Shown: positions 29,523 through 39,281, counted from the stretch's first letter. The stretch: 42,298 bases of DNA from Clostridia bacterium (GCA_030539155.1 JAUNSP010000003.1:1-42298), one strand, 5' to 3'. Numbers and translations: made by a program. The notes: generated by a model from the sequence alone, not told the origin.

Positions 29523-30878
29523 TTAATCATTTTGATTTTTTAGAAAAACTTTTGTTACAATAAAATGGTATATTATAATTAACACTATTCCCCAAAATAT
29601 TGACATTCCAAAGCTCTCTAATGGTGACCAACCTGAAAATGCCGCTACTATTGCTATTATAAATATTGGTATATATTTATAAATTTCTTTCAATGCCACT
29701 TTATTTAATGATTCAGATGTTATTTGTTTTTGCCTTAAAATATTTATACTAAGTATAAATTGTAGTATAATTATGAATGCAATTGCAAATAGACCTTCAA
29801 TTGTTAACACTACATTTGTATATCTTATTAATAATAAATATAATGCCACAAATCCAATAAATAATATGCTAAGTGCCAAACCATTTTCCTTATATTTTAT
29901 AACCATATAAATAGTCATTAATGTAAATATAACTATTTCTACACAAATCATTATGTCCAATTCATTACTTGTTATATCAGATAAAATATATCTATTTTCC
30001 CCAAGCTCAAATTTTATTGGTAAATTCCCTGAATTAAGTCTTGATGCTATTTGAGTACCCTGTTCAAAATAATCTTGTATATCTGATTGATTATTTGATG
30101 ATGTACCTATTGATAATTGTAATAACCCTGAATTGTTTTCTGCATCAAAAGCTGTTGACATTATCTCCTCATCATCAATATACATAGTTATTGTTTTCGC
30201 CTCTTCAGTTTGGTTTTCTGTATTAGCATTCTCTGGACTTTCTTGTTCGTCCTGTTTTTGAACATAAGCTGTTGTAATATTTCTTAATTTTTCCTTGCCT
30301 TCCTTATTAAACTCTATATTTAGATACACTGAAACTCCCTGTTCTTGATTTGCATACCCAACTGATACCTTTTTTAAATCACTATTATTCATTAAAATCT
30401 CTCCTGTTTGGGTATCTTTTATTTCAAATTTTCCTAAAGATTGTATTAAAGAAACCGCTGTATCAGTTTTATCATCCTCAGGAATCTGAATTGTCATTTT
30501 TCCAGTTTCTAAATCTTGCTTTATAATATAGTTATTAACCTTTAAATCCTTTAATCTCGATATAATAATTCTTTTTGATTTTTCATAATTCTGTGTTGTA
30601 CGTTCTTGTATAGGGTTAATTAATTCTGATTTTTCTTCTGTTTCATTAGTTTCGATTTCAGAATCAGTTTTGTCTTGTGTTTGTCCCCCTTTTGTTGATT
30701 CATCAACCTTAAGTTCTATACCTCTGTATCCTTCTAAATCCATTCCTAATTTATATTTAGAAATTAAATTTTTCATTGTACCTGTTCTTTCTACATTTAT
30801 ACCTACAAAAGAAACTAGGCATATTAATGTAATCATTAGTGTTATAAAAATTATTTTTAATTCTTTATTTAATTTCAT
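29523..30878 (-). CDS. SecD-like membrane protein, divergent (451 aa)
   Basis: LGMDLEGYRGIELKV (compare LGLDLQGGFEVLYDV), ASRLNSGNLPIKFE (compare ASILNAGALPVKLTE), and VVLTIEGLFAI (compare AVLTLPGIAAL). Architecture is one TM, a periplasmic domain of about 290 aa, then five TMs. Confidence 0.6.
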   Translation of the reverse strand: MKLNKELKIIFITLMITLICLVSFVGINVERTGTMKNLISKYKLGMDLEGYRGIELKVDESTKGGQTQDKTDSEIETNETEEKSELINPIQERTTQNYEKSKRIIISRLKDLKVNNYIIKQDLETGKMTIQIPEDDKTDTAVSLIQSLGKFEIKDTQTGEILMNNSDLKKVSVGYANQEQGVSVYLNIEFNKEGKEKLRNITTAYVQKQDEQESPENANTENQTEEAKTITMYIDDEEIMSTAFDAENNSGLLQLSIGTSSNNQSDIQDYFEQGTQIASRLNSGNLPIKFELGENRYILSDITSNELDIMICVEIVIFTLMTIYMVIKYKENGLALSILFIGFVALYLLLIRYTNVVLTIEGLFAIAFIIILQFILSINILRQKQITSESLNKVALKEIYKYIPIFIIAIVAAFSGWSPLESFGMSIFWGIVLIIIYHFIVTKVFLKNQND

Positions 30879-30926
30879 TTTCTCCTCCTTATATTTTATA
30901 ATGATAGTAAATACTTCTATTTTAAC

Positions 30927-30955
30927 ATTCTACATTATTTTTCTAAAATTTTCAA
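30927..30955 (-). promoter_or_regulatory. Promoter upstream of the SecD-like gene
   Basis: On the minus strand: TTGAAA (30950-30955), a 17-bp spacer, then TAGAAT (30927-30932). It lies in the only gap of about 95 nt in this gene array. Confidence 0.5.
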
Positions 30956-30973
30956 CCATTTTGATAATATTTC

Positions 30974-31984
30974 TTAACTTTTGACTAATTTACACAAGCT
31001 TGCTTCTAATCCAACCTGAATATCAATTAATCCCTGTTTAGAATTATTATCAAGTTCTATTAAATTTTCTAAAAATTCCCTTAATTCCTGCTTTGTAAAG
31101 TAGCTGGCTTGTGATATAAATTTACTCGTCAAAAAGGTTTGATTTGGTTTTAGATCTAAACTTTGGGTTATGTCTTTTTTATATTCCTGACACATCTTGA
31201 CTATATAAATTTTTTTAAAATGATTATATATCATTATTAATATTCTTTGAATTGGTTCTTTTGAACTTATTAAATTTCTTAAAATATCTATAGATCTTTT
31301 TATGTCTCTTTTTCCTAAACAATCTGTTAATTCAAATATTATACTTTCTGTCTGTTTTACTGCTAAAGTTTCAATATTTTGCTTAGTTATAGTTCCATTT
31401 TCCCCAACATATTCAATAAGTTTTCGTATTTCATTTATTAAATTTTGCATATCTGTTCCGCTTAATTCACATAAGTATTGTAAGGTTTTTTCATCAGCAT
31501 TTACATGATAACACTTACATATTTCCTTTAACCTATTTATTATTTCAAACAATTTTAAAACTTCAAAATTTTGCACTATTCCGTTTTCCTCTATAGTTTT
31601 ATATAAACTATATTTTGCCACGGACTTTTCTATAAAAATAAGTACAACACCCTTATTAATTAAGGAAATGTTCTCTTTAAAATACTTTGTTAATATTTCA
31701 ACATAATTAGACTGTTTTTTAGAATCTTTTTTAAATAATCCACTTTCCCTAACAATTATAAGTTTCTTATCATACCCAAATGCTGGTGTTTCTATATTTT
31801 CTATTATTTGACCTAAATTAGTATCATCTATCTGTACATAATTTATTCCCCTTTGAAGTTCCCCAAATATTTTCTTTATTCTCTTTAGTATAATTTCTAT
31901 ACTATATTGGTCTTCTCCATAAAATAAATATAACCCCTCTAAATTATTATGTTTCAATTTACTTTCTAAACTTTTTTGTTCCAT
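30974..31984 (-). CDS. holA: DNA polymerase III delta subunit
   Basis: YLFYGEDQYSIE N-terminal signature, length of about 336 aa, and helical C-terminal domains. Confidence 0.8.
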   Translation of the reverse strand: MEQKSLESKLKHNNLEGLYLFYGEDQYSIEIILKRIKKIFGELQRGINYVQIDDTNLGQIIENIETPAFGYDKKLIIVRESGLFKKDSKKQSNYVEILTKYFKENISLINKGVVLIFIEKSVAKYSLYKTIEENGIVQNFEVLKLFEIINRLKEICKCYHVNADEKTLQYLCELSGTDMQNLINEIRKLIEYVGENGTITKQNIETLAVKQTESIIFELTDCLGKRDIKRSIDILRNLISSKEPIQRILIMIYNHFKKIYIVKMCQEYKKDITQSLDLKPNQTFLTSKFISQASYFTKQELREFLENLIELDNNSKQGLIDIQVGLEASLCKLVKS

Positions 31985-32002
31985 ATCCCTCTCCCTATAT
32001 GT

Positions 32003-32488
32003 CTATAATTTTACTGAAAATTTTGCCGAATGTGCATGACATATCGCCGCTGCCATGCTATCCGTTGTATCATCTAATTTTGGAAGGGTTTCAACTTTTA
32101 ATATTGTTTTAACCATTTTCTGAACTTGTATTTTATCAGCTCTTCCATAACCTACAACTGCTTGTTTTATTTGTAGAGGTGTATATTCAAATGTAGGAAT
32201 CCCTTTTTTACATCCTACCACCAATATTACACCCCTTGCCTGCGCAACGTTAATTGCAGTTTTTGCATTATTGTTAAAAAATAATTCTTCTACTGATATT
32301 GCATCTGGCTTATATTGGTCTATTATTTCCTCTAGCTCATTGTTTAATTTTAACAAACGCAGAGGAAATGATTCCCCTGCTTTAGTTAAAACTGCTCCCG
32401 ATGCAATTAACTTAAATCTATTCCCTATATAATCTATTATACTATATCCTGTTATCGCAAAACCTGGATCTATTCCCAATACCCTCAT
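32003..32488 (-). CDS. ruvC: Crossover junction endodeoxyribonuclease RuvC
   Basis: MRVLGIDPGFAITGY, the SVEELFFNNN segment, and C-terminal DTTDSMAAAICH, which carry the RuvC catalytic acidic residues. Confidence 0.9.
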   Translation of the reverse strand: MRVLGIDPGFAITGYSIIDYIGNRFKLIASGAVLTKAGESFPLRLLKLNNELEEIIDQYKPDAISVEELFFNNNAKTAINVAQARGVILVVGCKKGIPTFEYTPLQIKQAVVGYGRADKIQVQKMVKTILKVETLPKLDDTTDSMAAAICHAHSAKFSVKL

Positions 32489-32522
32489 TTAATCTCAAAC
32501 CTCTTTTTTATAAAACTCTCAC

Positions 32523-34544
32523 CTAACTAAATATTATTCTAAGTACCTCAGCTACGCTCCATGCTTGAGAAATAGTGCCTCTTGCCCTATATGGTTTCTT
32601 AGAGTCGTATATCTCATGAATACTACCTACCGTGGTACTATCAACCATTTCTGTACTAAAAACTTTTTCGACATTATCTTTAAATTCCTTTAATTTATCA
32701 TTTAGTTCCTGTTTTTTTATTTTATCCTTTTCTGCATTCATAATATTTCTCAAACTATCATAATATAACCCAAGTAACCATGGCCATGTTATACCTTGAT
32801 GATAACTCATATCCCTCTTAAAGGAATCCCCCTCATACACCGCTATATAATTCTTTTCTCCCTTTGCAAGTGTTTTTAATCCGTAATTATTAAGTAACTT
32901 TTCTTCAACAACATTTATTATATCCTTCGCAATTTCAGAACTTGGTTCTATTACAGGATACGACAAACTAAGTGCAAATAATTGATTTGGTCTTACCTTT
33001 TCATCTCCTAAAACATCATACAAGCATTTTTTATTTTTATTATAAAATTTATTTTCAAAAGACTCCTTACATTTCTTTGAAAGTTCTCTATATAATTCTG
33101 CCTGTTCTCTCTTTTTAAATAATATCGATAATTCCTCCATTATCTTTAAAGCATTGTACCAAAGTGCATTTATTTCAACCGCCTTACCATTTCTAGGTGT
33201 TATTGCAATATTTTTAAACTTCGCATCCATCCAAGTATTTTGCGTGTTTTCAGAACCCGATGATATTAAGAAATCTTCATCCAAAAATATATTATTATCG
33301 TATACATTTATTCCCCTTACATACGAATCTATTATTTTTACTAAGCAATCATAAATCTTACTTTTGATAAAAGTTTTATCTTCTGTATAATTTAAGTATT
33401 TTTTAACCTGCTCAAACAGTAAAAGTGAACTATCTACACTATTATAAAGTGGGCTGTTATCATATTCAGAATAGCCATTAGGTACTAAACCATATTTCAC
33501 ATCCTTAATAGTTAACTGCAAAATCTGCCTTGCTATTTCATACCTTTTCGGTACTAATAATAATCCTTCGAAAGATATTAAAGAATCTCTTCCCCAATCA
33601 AGGAACCATGGATAACCCGCAATTATTGTATGCAAACCAAAAGAAGGTCTATACACGATAAAACTATCTGCTGCGGTGATAAAATTTTTCACCATATCTT
33701 GGTGTCTTTCATCCACTATTTCTTTCTTTCCATCAAAGTTTAATCTTGAATCGTATATTATTTCATTTATTCTCGTAATTTCCTTACTAATTAATTCAGC
33801 AACATTTACCTCATCTATATTTTCCTCTAAAGAACATACAAATGTAATATCCTTTTGTTCATTTGGTGCAATTTCGATCTCATATCTTCCAGTAACCACA
33901 TGGTTCTCTTCTGGAAAGAAACCCCTTTTCTCTTCTTCTACATAATACATATTTTTAAATATATCATTATTATGTTTAATATAATTTCCCTCTGATGTTT
34001 TCATATAGATAGGGGTATCATACTTATTATCTACTATAATTTTAGTTTTTGTCCCATTTATCTCTTGCTCTATATCAAAATTATGATCAGTCATCATCCC
34101 ATGAAAGTCTCTAAAATTAACCACTGGTGCCAATGTTATTTTAGCTTGATTTTCAGCATTTTTTATTCTATACATAACCGCTACCGTATTTTTTCCATAC
34201 TCCATGCATATTACTTTTTTGATAATTACATTTTCTACTGTATATGTATAAATAGGTATAAATTCCTTTTCGAAACTCTGTAAGTTTTTATATCCCTCTG
34301 TTATATAATCTTTTCCAATATTCGTAAACAGCATATGGTTTTTACCATTTATTTGAATACTCTCATCTAATTTTGATAATATCAGATGCCTTCTTGCAGG
34401 GGGAACTAAGGGTGCTACTAACAATCCATGATATCTTCTTGTATTCGCCCCTATTATAGTACTTGATGCATAACCGCCTATTCCGTTAGTTATTATCCAT
34501 TCTTTTTTTAAACCGTTTTCTAAATTAACTTTTGTGTATTTCAT
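32523..34544 (-). CDS. Amylo-alpha-1,6-glucosidase / glycogen debranching enzyme family protein
   Basis: N-terminal EWIITNGIGGYASSTI..NTRRYHGLL (bacterial GDE_N) and a C-terminal (alpha/alpha)6 GDE_C region (GYPWFLDWGRDSLI, TWMDA, QAWS). I moved the start to the ATG at 34544, after AAGGAGG. Confidence 0.85.
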   Translation of the reverse strand: MKYTKVNLENGLKKEWIITNGIGGYASSTIIGANTRRYHGLLVAPLVPPARRHLILSKLDESIQINGKNHMLFTNIGKDYITEGYKNLQSFEKEFIPIYTYTVENVIIKKVICMEYGKNTVAVMYRIKNAENQAKITLAPVVNFRDFHGMMTDHNFDIEQEINGTKTKIIVDNKYDTPIYMKTSEGNYIKHNNDIFKNMYYVEEEKRGFFPEENHVVTGRYEIEIAPNEQKDITFVCSLEENIDEVNVAELISKEITRINEIIYDSRLNFDGKKEIVDERHQDMVKNFITAADSFIVYRPSFGLHTIIAGYPWFLDWGRDSLISFEGLLLVPKRYEIARQILQLTIKDVKYGLVPNGYSEYDNSPLYNSVDSSLLLFEQVKKYLNYTEDKTFIKSKIYDCLVKIIDSYVRGINVYDNNIFLDEDFLISSGSENTQNTWMDAKFKNIAITPRNGKAVEINALWYNALKIMEELSILFKKREQAELYRELSKKCKESFENKFYNKNKKCLYDVLGDEKVRPNQLFALSLSYPVIEPSSEIAKDIINVVEEKLLNNYGLKTLAKGEKNYIAVYEGDSFKRDMSYHQGITWPWLLGLYYDSLRNIMNAEKDKIKKQELNDKLKEFKDNVEKVFSTEMVDSTTVGSIHEIYDSKKPYRARGTISQAWSVAEVLRIIFS

Positions 34545-34565
34545 CTTTTTCCTCCTTATGCTCAA

Positions 34566-35960
34566 TTATTGAACTAAACCTAGTAAGTTCATTTTTTCTC
34601 CGAAAACTTCTATTATTTTCGCTGATAATAATTCAGTTAATTGTGTTATTTCACTTGATGAGCAGTCGTTTACTATTAAGTATTGTTCATTTTCCAATTC
34701 TGGTACAACTAAGTCACTCCTAAATGTTGTTGACTCTTTTGATGAAATTTGATAATCTGTATCCCCTTCAAGATATTCTACTAAAAATTCCCTCACTATA
34801 TTTTCAGAATCAACTTTCCCTGTCGTAATATTAGATATACTTATTTGAGCCCCCTCTAGGTAATTGACATTTAACCTAAATATAGTTTCATTTATAGTTT
34901 TTTCCTTAGTAAAAATGTATTTAACACTCTCTTCAGGCATTCTACTGTATAGATTAATTCTCTGCACTGTTCCAGTAATCTTGTTTTCTAACTCGTACAA
35001 TGTGCTACTTGAACCTATCTCAAGTGCTGTTCTCATTAATTCCCCTTTATAAGTATATACCGTTAAGGTAATTTTCTCATTTTGCATGTCAATATCTCTT
35101 AATTTATTAATTGCCTGTTGGATTTTTTCATTTACATACTCTACATTTATACTTTCATCTTCAAAAACTAATTTCATTTTTGAAACAATTAAATTTAAAG
35201 TAACACTATCCTGTTTTAATGTTTCTAATAGAGTAATAACTAGATTCGTAGACTCCGCATTATTAAGGGTTAATTTATATGCTGTTGTTAAATAATTTAC
35301 ACCATCAATCTGAATCTCAACCTTCTTCTCTTTTGAAAAACTATCTTTTCCAATATTATTTTTTATAATTTCACCATACGTATCATATATCAATTCTTTA
35401 TCATCATCAGAAATATTGATAATTGATGAATAATTAGTTTTTGTAATTGCATTAGGAACATTGTTTATATCAATATCCTCATCAATTTTTTTTGCTAAAT
35501 CCTTTAAATTCTCATTTTTTACTGCTATATAAGCAGATACAATTTCACTCGATGTTAATGCATGTAGTTTATCCTGTTTTTTATAACTTACGTCAAATAA
35601 ATTTAAATCGTTATATTTCAAAATGATGTCTGATGCTTGTTTTTTCATATCTTCATCAACTTTTGTGTTTGCCACTATTTTAAATTTATTTACCATGCTT
35701 TGGTCATCGTTCATATCTTGAACAGTTATATCCGTTTGTTTCTCATATGGTACAACTTTTTTCTTTCCGGAAATTCCTTCTAAATCCTCATCCTCCACAA
35801 CCTGCATTATAGCCATATTCTTTCCCATAAATTTATAGAATAATTGTTCTGTTGTTTTCAATAAATCTGTAGTAAAATATAAAGAAATTACCGCCGCTGC
35901 AACTAAAATCACACCTATCACTATTATTAATATTAAAGTACTTTTTTTTCTTGCTATCAT
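34566..35960 (-). CDS. Membrane-anchored hypothetical protein, 464 aa, no family recognised
   Basis: A single N-terminal TM segment (LILIIVIGVILVAAAVISLYF), then about 430 residues of mixed alpha/beta sequence with no motif I can name. Its stop lies 21 nt upstream of the debranching-enzyme start. Confidence 0.65.
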   Translation of the reverse strand: MIARKKSTLILIIVIGVILVAAAVISLYFTTDLLKTTEQLFYKFMGKNMAIMQVVEDEDLEGISGKKKVVPYEKQTDITVQDMNDDQSMVNKFKIVANTKVDEDMKKQASDIILKYNDLNLFDVSYKKQDKLHALTSSEIVSAYIAVKNENLKDLAKKIDEDIDINNVPNAITKTNYSSIINISDDDKELIYDTYGEIIKNNIGKDSFSKEKKVEIQIDGVNYLTTAYKLTLNNAESTNLVITLLETLKQDSVTLNLIVSKMKLVFEDESINVEYVNEKIQQAINKLRDIDMQNEKITLTVYTYKGELMRTALEIGSSSTLYELENKITGTVQRINLYSRMPEESVKYIFTKEKTINETIFRLNVNYLEGAQISISNITTGKVDSENIVREFLVEYLEGDTDYQISSKESTTFRSDLVVPELENEQYLIVNDCSSSEITQLTELLSAKIIEVFGEKMNLLGLVQ

Positions 35961-35977
35961 ATTTTTTCCTCCTTTTT

Positions 35978-36727
35978 TTATATCCTTTGTTTTACAACTT
36001 CGTATATTACTATACCTGCTGAAACAGACGCATTAAGCGATGTTATCTTACCTTTCATAGGTATTTTAACCAAAAAATCACAACTTTCTTTTACAAGTCT
36101 ATTCATCCCGAATCCCTCGCTTCCAATCACTATAGCGATTGAATCTTTGAAATCTTGCTCATAATACATAGTACTAGTATCCATATCCGTTCCACAAATC
36201 CAAACCCCTTGCTGTTTTAATTTATTAATTGCATCTTTTATATTTGTAACTCTTGCTACCAGCATATGTTCAACAGCTCCTGCTGACACTTTGCTCACTG
36301 TACTATTTACCCCTACTGCCCTTCTTTTGGGAATTATAATCCCATGTACACCAGCCGTTTCTGCTGACCTAATTATAGAACCTAAATTATGCGGATCTTC
36401 TATTCCGTCTAAAACTAGTATAAATGGTTTCTCGTTTCTCTCTCTAGCGCATTTTATTATATCATCTATTTGGCAATACTCAAAGGGTGGAACTATTGCA
36501 ATTACTCCTTGATGTTTACCTGTTTGAGACATCTGATTCATTTTTTGTCGTTCAATTTGAGTTATTACTACTTTCCTCTGTTTTGCTATCGACATTATCT
36601 TTGATATTGACCCATGTTGCTCCTGTTTAGATATATATATTTTATTTATATCCCTGCCTGACTCTAGGAGTTCTATTACAGAATTCCTACCTTCAACCTG
36701 GTCTTGATAATCATTTTTTTCATTCAC
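35978..36727 (-). CDS. rlmB: 23S rRNA (guanosine-2'-O)-methyltransferase RlmB-type (TrmH group 3)
   Basis: EGRNSVIELLESGRDINKIYI N-terminal domain, and SpoU motifs LDGIEDPHNLGSIIRS, VIGSEGFGM and IPMKGKITSLNASVSAG. Confidence 0.85.
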   Translation of the reverse strand: MNEKNDYQDQVEGRNSVIELLESGRDINKIYISKQEQHGSISKIMSIAKQRKVVITQIERQKMNQMSQTGKHQGVIAIVPPFEYCQIDDIIKCARERNEKPFILVLDGIEDPHNLGSIIRSAETAGVHGIIIPKRRAVGVNSTVSKVSAGAVEHMLVARVTNIKDAINKLKQQGVWICGTDMDTSTMYYEQDFKDSIAIVIGSEGFGMNRLVKESCDFLVKIPMKGKITSLNASVSAGIVIYEVVKQRI

Positions 36728-36753
36728 TTTACTTTTTTCACCCCTTTTTCAAC

Positions 36754-38415
36754 TTAAAAAATTCCTACTATATCTTGATTATTATCTAAGCCTATTGTCT
36801 CTGCCGCTGGTACTTTAGGTAACCCTGGCATAGTCATTATTTTTCCTGTAATAATTACTATAAATTCAGCTCCTGCCCTTAAAATAACATCCTCAACATG
36901 TATACTAAATTTCTCATCTCCAACCAATTTTTTTTCATCATCTGAAAATGAATATTGTGTTTTAGCAATACATATAGGAAGTTTTCCATAATTCAAACAT
37001 TCTATTTTTTTTATGCTTTCATCCGCTAATTCGCTATATAAAACGTCTTCTGCCCCATATATTTGTTTTGAGACTTTCTTTATTTTTTCTTTTATTGTTT
37101 CATTTCCATCATAAATAAATTTAAAATTATTTTCTTTTTTACTTAATCTCACGACACTTCGCGCAAGCTCTTCAGCTCCTTTTCCACCTTTTTCCCAACT
37201 TTCAACTAGACAAACCTCTATATTAAGCTCTTTCATTTTTTTCTTTAAAAATTCAATCTCATCTTCTGTATCTGTACTAAATTTATTTATAGCCACAATT
37301 ACATTTAACCCAAACTTGTTCTTTAAGTTATCAACATGTTTTAATAGGTTTGCAAGCCCCTTTTCTAATAAACTAATATTCTCCTTTTGTACATCCTCTT
37401 TTTCCGCACCACCGTGATACTTTAATGCCTTAAGAGTTGCAACACAAACTACTACATCTGGCTTAATATTTGCCTTTCTACACTTAATGTTTAGAAATTT
37501 TTCTGCCCCTAAATCTGCTCCAAATCCAGCCTCTGTAATAGTATAATCTGCTAATTTAAGTGCCATCTTCGTCGCAATTATACTATTACATCCATGAGCT
37601 ATATTCGCAAATGGTCCACCATGAATAAGAGCGGGCGTTTGTTCTAATGTTTGTACTATGTTAGGATTTAGTGCATCTTTTAGTAATACAGCTAGACTCC
37701 CCTCTGCCTTTAAATCTCTAGCAGTAATTGGTTTAGACTCTTTATTATATCCAACTATTATATTGCCTAATCGTCTCTTCAAATCCATTAAATCAGTTGA
37801 TAGACAAAAGACTGCCATAATTTCTGAAGCAACAGATATATCAAATCCATCATATCTAGAAACCATCTTTTTTTCCCCTGATAATCCTGTTTCAACCTTT
37901 CTTAATTGTCTATCATTTAAATCTACACATCTTTTCCATGTAACAGTTTTAAAACCTAGTTCATTTCCATGAAATATATGATTATCTATCATTGCCGCTA
38001 ATAAATTATTCGCTGTAGTTATAGCATGCAAATCTCCTGTAAAATGTAAATTTATATCTTCCATTGGAGCTACTTGAGAGTATCCTCCACCTGTTGCTCC
38101 ACCTTTTATTCCAAAAACTGGTCCTAAAGAAGGTTCCCTTAATGCTAAAATGGCCATTTCTCCAATTTTGCTTAATCCATCGGCTAATCCAATTGACACT
38201 GTTGTTTTTCCCTCCCCTAAAGGGGTTGGATTTATTGATGTCACTAACACAAGCTTCCCATCTTTTTTGTTTTTTATCTTATTATATAAATTCAAATTTA
38301 CTTTTGCCTTATAATTACCGTATGGTTCTATGTAATCATTGTCTATTCCTAATTTTTCAGTGATCTTTTCAATCTTTTCTAATTTAATTTTTTTGGCTAT
38401 CTCAATATCATTCAT
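36754..38415 (-). CDS. fhs: Formate--tetrahydrofolate ligase
   Basis: SDIEIA-type N-terminus, P-loop TPLGEGKTT, and GGPFANIAHGCNS. Confidence 0.95.
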   Translation of the reverse strand: MNDIEIAKKIKLEKIEKITEKLGIDNDYIEPYGNYKAKVNLNLYNKIKNKKDGKLVLVTSINPTPLGEGKTTVSIGLADGLSKIGEMAILALREPSLGPVFGIKGGATGGGYSQVAPMEDINLHFTGDLHAITTANNLLAAMIDNHIFHGNELGFKTVTWKRCVDLNDRQLRKVETGLSGEKKMVSRYDGFDISVASEIMAVFCLSTDLMDLKRRLGNIIVGYNKESKPITARDLKAEGSLAVLLKDALNPNIVQTLEQTPALIHGGPFANIAHGCNSIIATKMALKLADYTITEAGFGADLGAEKFLNIKCRKANIKPDVVVCVATLKALKYHGGAEKEDVQKENISLLEKGLANLLKHVDNLKNKFGLNVIVAINKFSTDTEDEIEFLKKKMKELNIEVCLVESWEKGGKGAEELARSVVRLSKKENNFKFIYDGNETIKEKIKKVSKQIYGAEDVLYSELADESIKKIECLNYGKLPICIAKTQYSFSDDEKKLVGDEKFSIHVEDVILRAGAEFIVIITGKIMTMPGLPKVPAAETIGLDNNQDIVGIF

Positions 38416-38433
38416 GTACTTTCACCCTCTTTT

Positions 38434-38865
38434 TTAAATAACTAAACCTACTAGGACCCCTATTACCGCCCCTACTATAACTTCAACTGGTGTATGGCCC
38501 AAAACTTCAACTAACCTTTCCGAAATTTGCAAACCTGTTAGCCCCGGCGTTTGAATAATAGTATTTAATAATTTTGCTTGTTTTCCTGCAGCCCTTCTTA
38601 CTCCAGCTGCATCATACATAACTATTAGTGAAAATACTAATGATACTGCAAAAATTGGAGAACTAATTCCTTCCTGTTTTCCTATCATTGTAGTTATTGT
38701 TGATACTATAGCAGTGTGAGAACTAGGCATCCCACCAGCACCTATAACCCTTTTAAAATCTAATTCTCCTGTCCTTATATATTCATAAATCCATTTAAAA
38801 TTTTGTATTGCAAACCATACAACCAATGGAATTACAATATATTTATATTCTTGTATAAAACTCAT
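38434..38865 (-). CDS. Divergent PAP2-family membrane protein (YuiD-like, DUF212)
   Basis: GGMPSSHTA and YDAAGVRR motifs and a 143-aa multi-TM architecture. Confidence 0.8.
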   Translation of the reverse strand: MSFIQEYKYIVIPLVVWFAIQNFKWIYEYIRTGELDFKRVIGAGGMPSSHTAIVSTITTMIGKQEGISSPIFAVSLVFSLIVMYDAAGVRRAAGKQAKLLNTIIQTPGLTGLQISERLVEVLGHTPVEVIVGAVIGVLVGLVI

Positions 38866-38873
38866 TTTGTCTC

Positions 38874-39086
38874 CTACTCTATATTAAATTTTTCTTCTTT
38901 TATTTCATCCTCATTTTTTACTAGTATGGTGATTTTCTTCTCTGCATCTTCTAAAAATTTACTACATTTCTTCGATAATTCCATACCTTCCTCAAATTTT
39001 TTTATCGTATCATCTAAATCTAAATTGCCTGTCTCTATTTCACTCACAATCTCTTCTATTTTTTTTAAATTCTCTTCGAAATTCAT
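38874..39086 (-). CDS. xseB: Exodeoxyribonuclease VII small subunit
   Basis: 70 aa with FEENLKKIEEIVSEIETGNLDLDDTIKKFEEGMEL, the typical XseB helix-hairpin. Confidence 0.9.
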   Translation of the reverse strand: MNFEENLKKIEEIVSEIETGNLDLDDTIKKFEEGMELSKKCSKFLEDAEKKITILVKNEDEIKEEKFNIE

Positions 39087-39090
39087 TATT

Positions 39091-39264
39091 TTACTCCTTT
39101 TTCTCTTTTTCGTTAATAAAACCTTCTACATTTTCTAATTGAACTTTTTCGTTTTGATCTGTTCCCATTGAAGTATACATCATTCTTAAACCTATTGCAA
39201 ATAATGTAATAAATATTATTATTGCAATAATTAATATTACTATTGGTTTATTATCATTTTGCAT
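39091..39264 (-). CDS. Unannotated 57-codon ORF encoding a single-TM micro-protein between xseA and xseB
   Basis: Hand translation gives MQNDNKPIVILIIAIIIFITLFAIGLRMMYTSMGTDQNEKVQLENVEGFINEKEKKE. The ATG at 39264 lies 7 nt after GGAGAG. The TAA stop at 39091-39093 lies within the xseB RBS region. The ORF is below the cut-off of the ORF track. Confidence 0.55.
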   Translation of the reverse strand: MQNDNKPIVILIIAIIIFITLFAIGLRMMYTSMGTDQNEKVQLENVEGFINEKEKKE

Positions 39265-39281
39265 ATTTCATCTCTCCTTTT

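Noticed and set aside
32003-32488. ruvC without adjacent ruvA and ruvB, considered as an anomaly.
   Set aside because: Placement of ruvC apart from ruvAB is common, and RuvC does occur in Clostridia, so this is not informative on its own.
34545-34565. A TTG start for the debranching-enzyme ORF directly abutting the upstream stop.
   Set aside because: These seven codons spell AAGGAGG and are better read as the RBS for the ATG at 34544 (MKYTKVNLENG).
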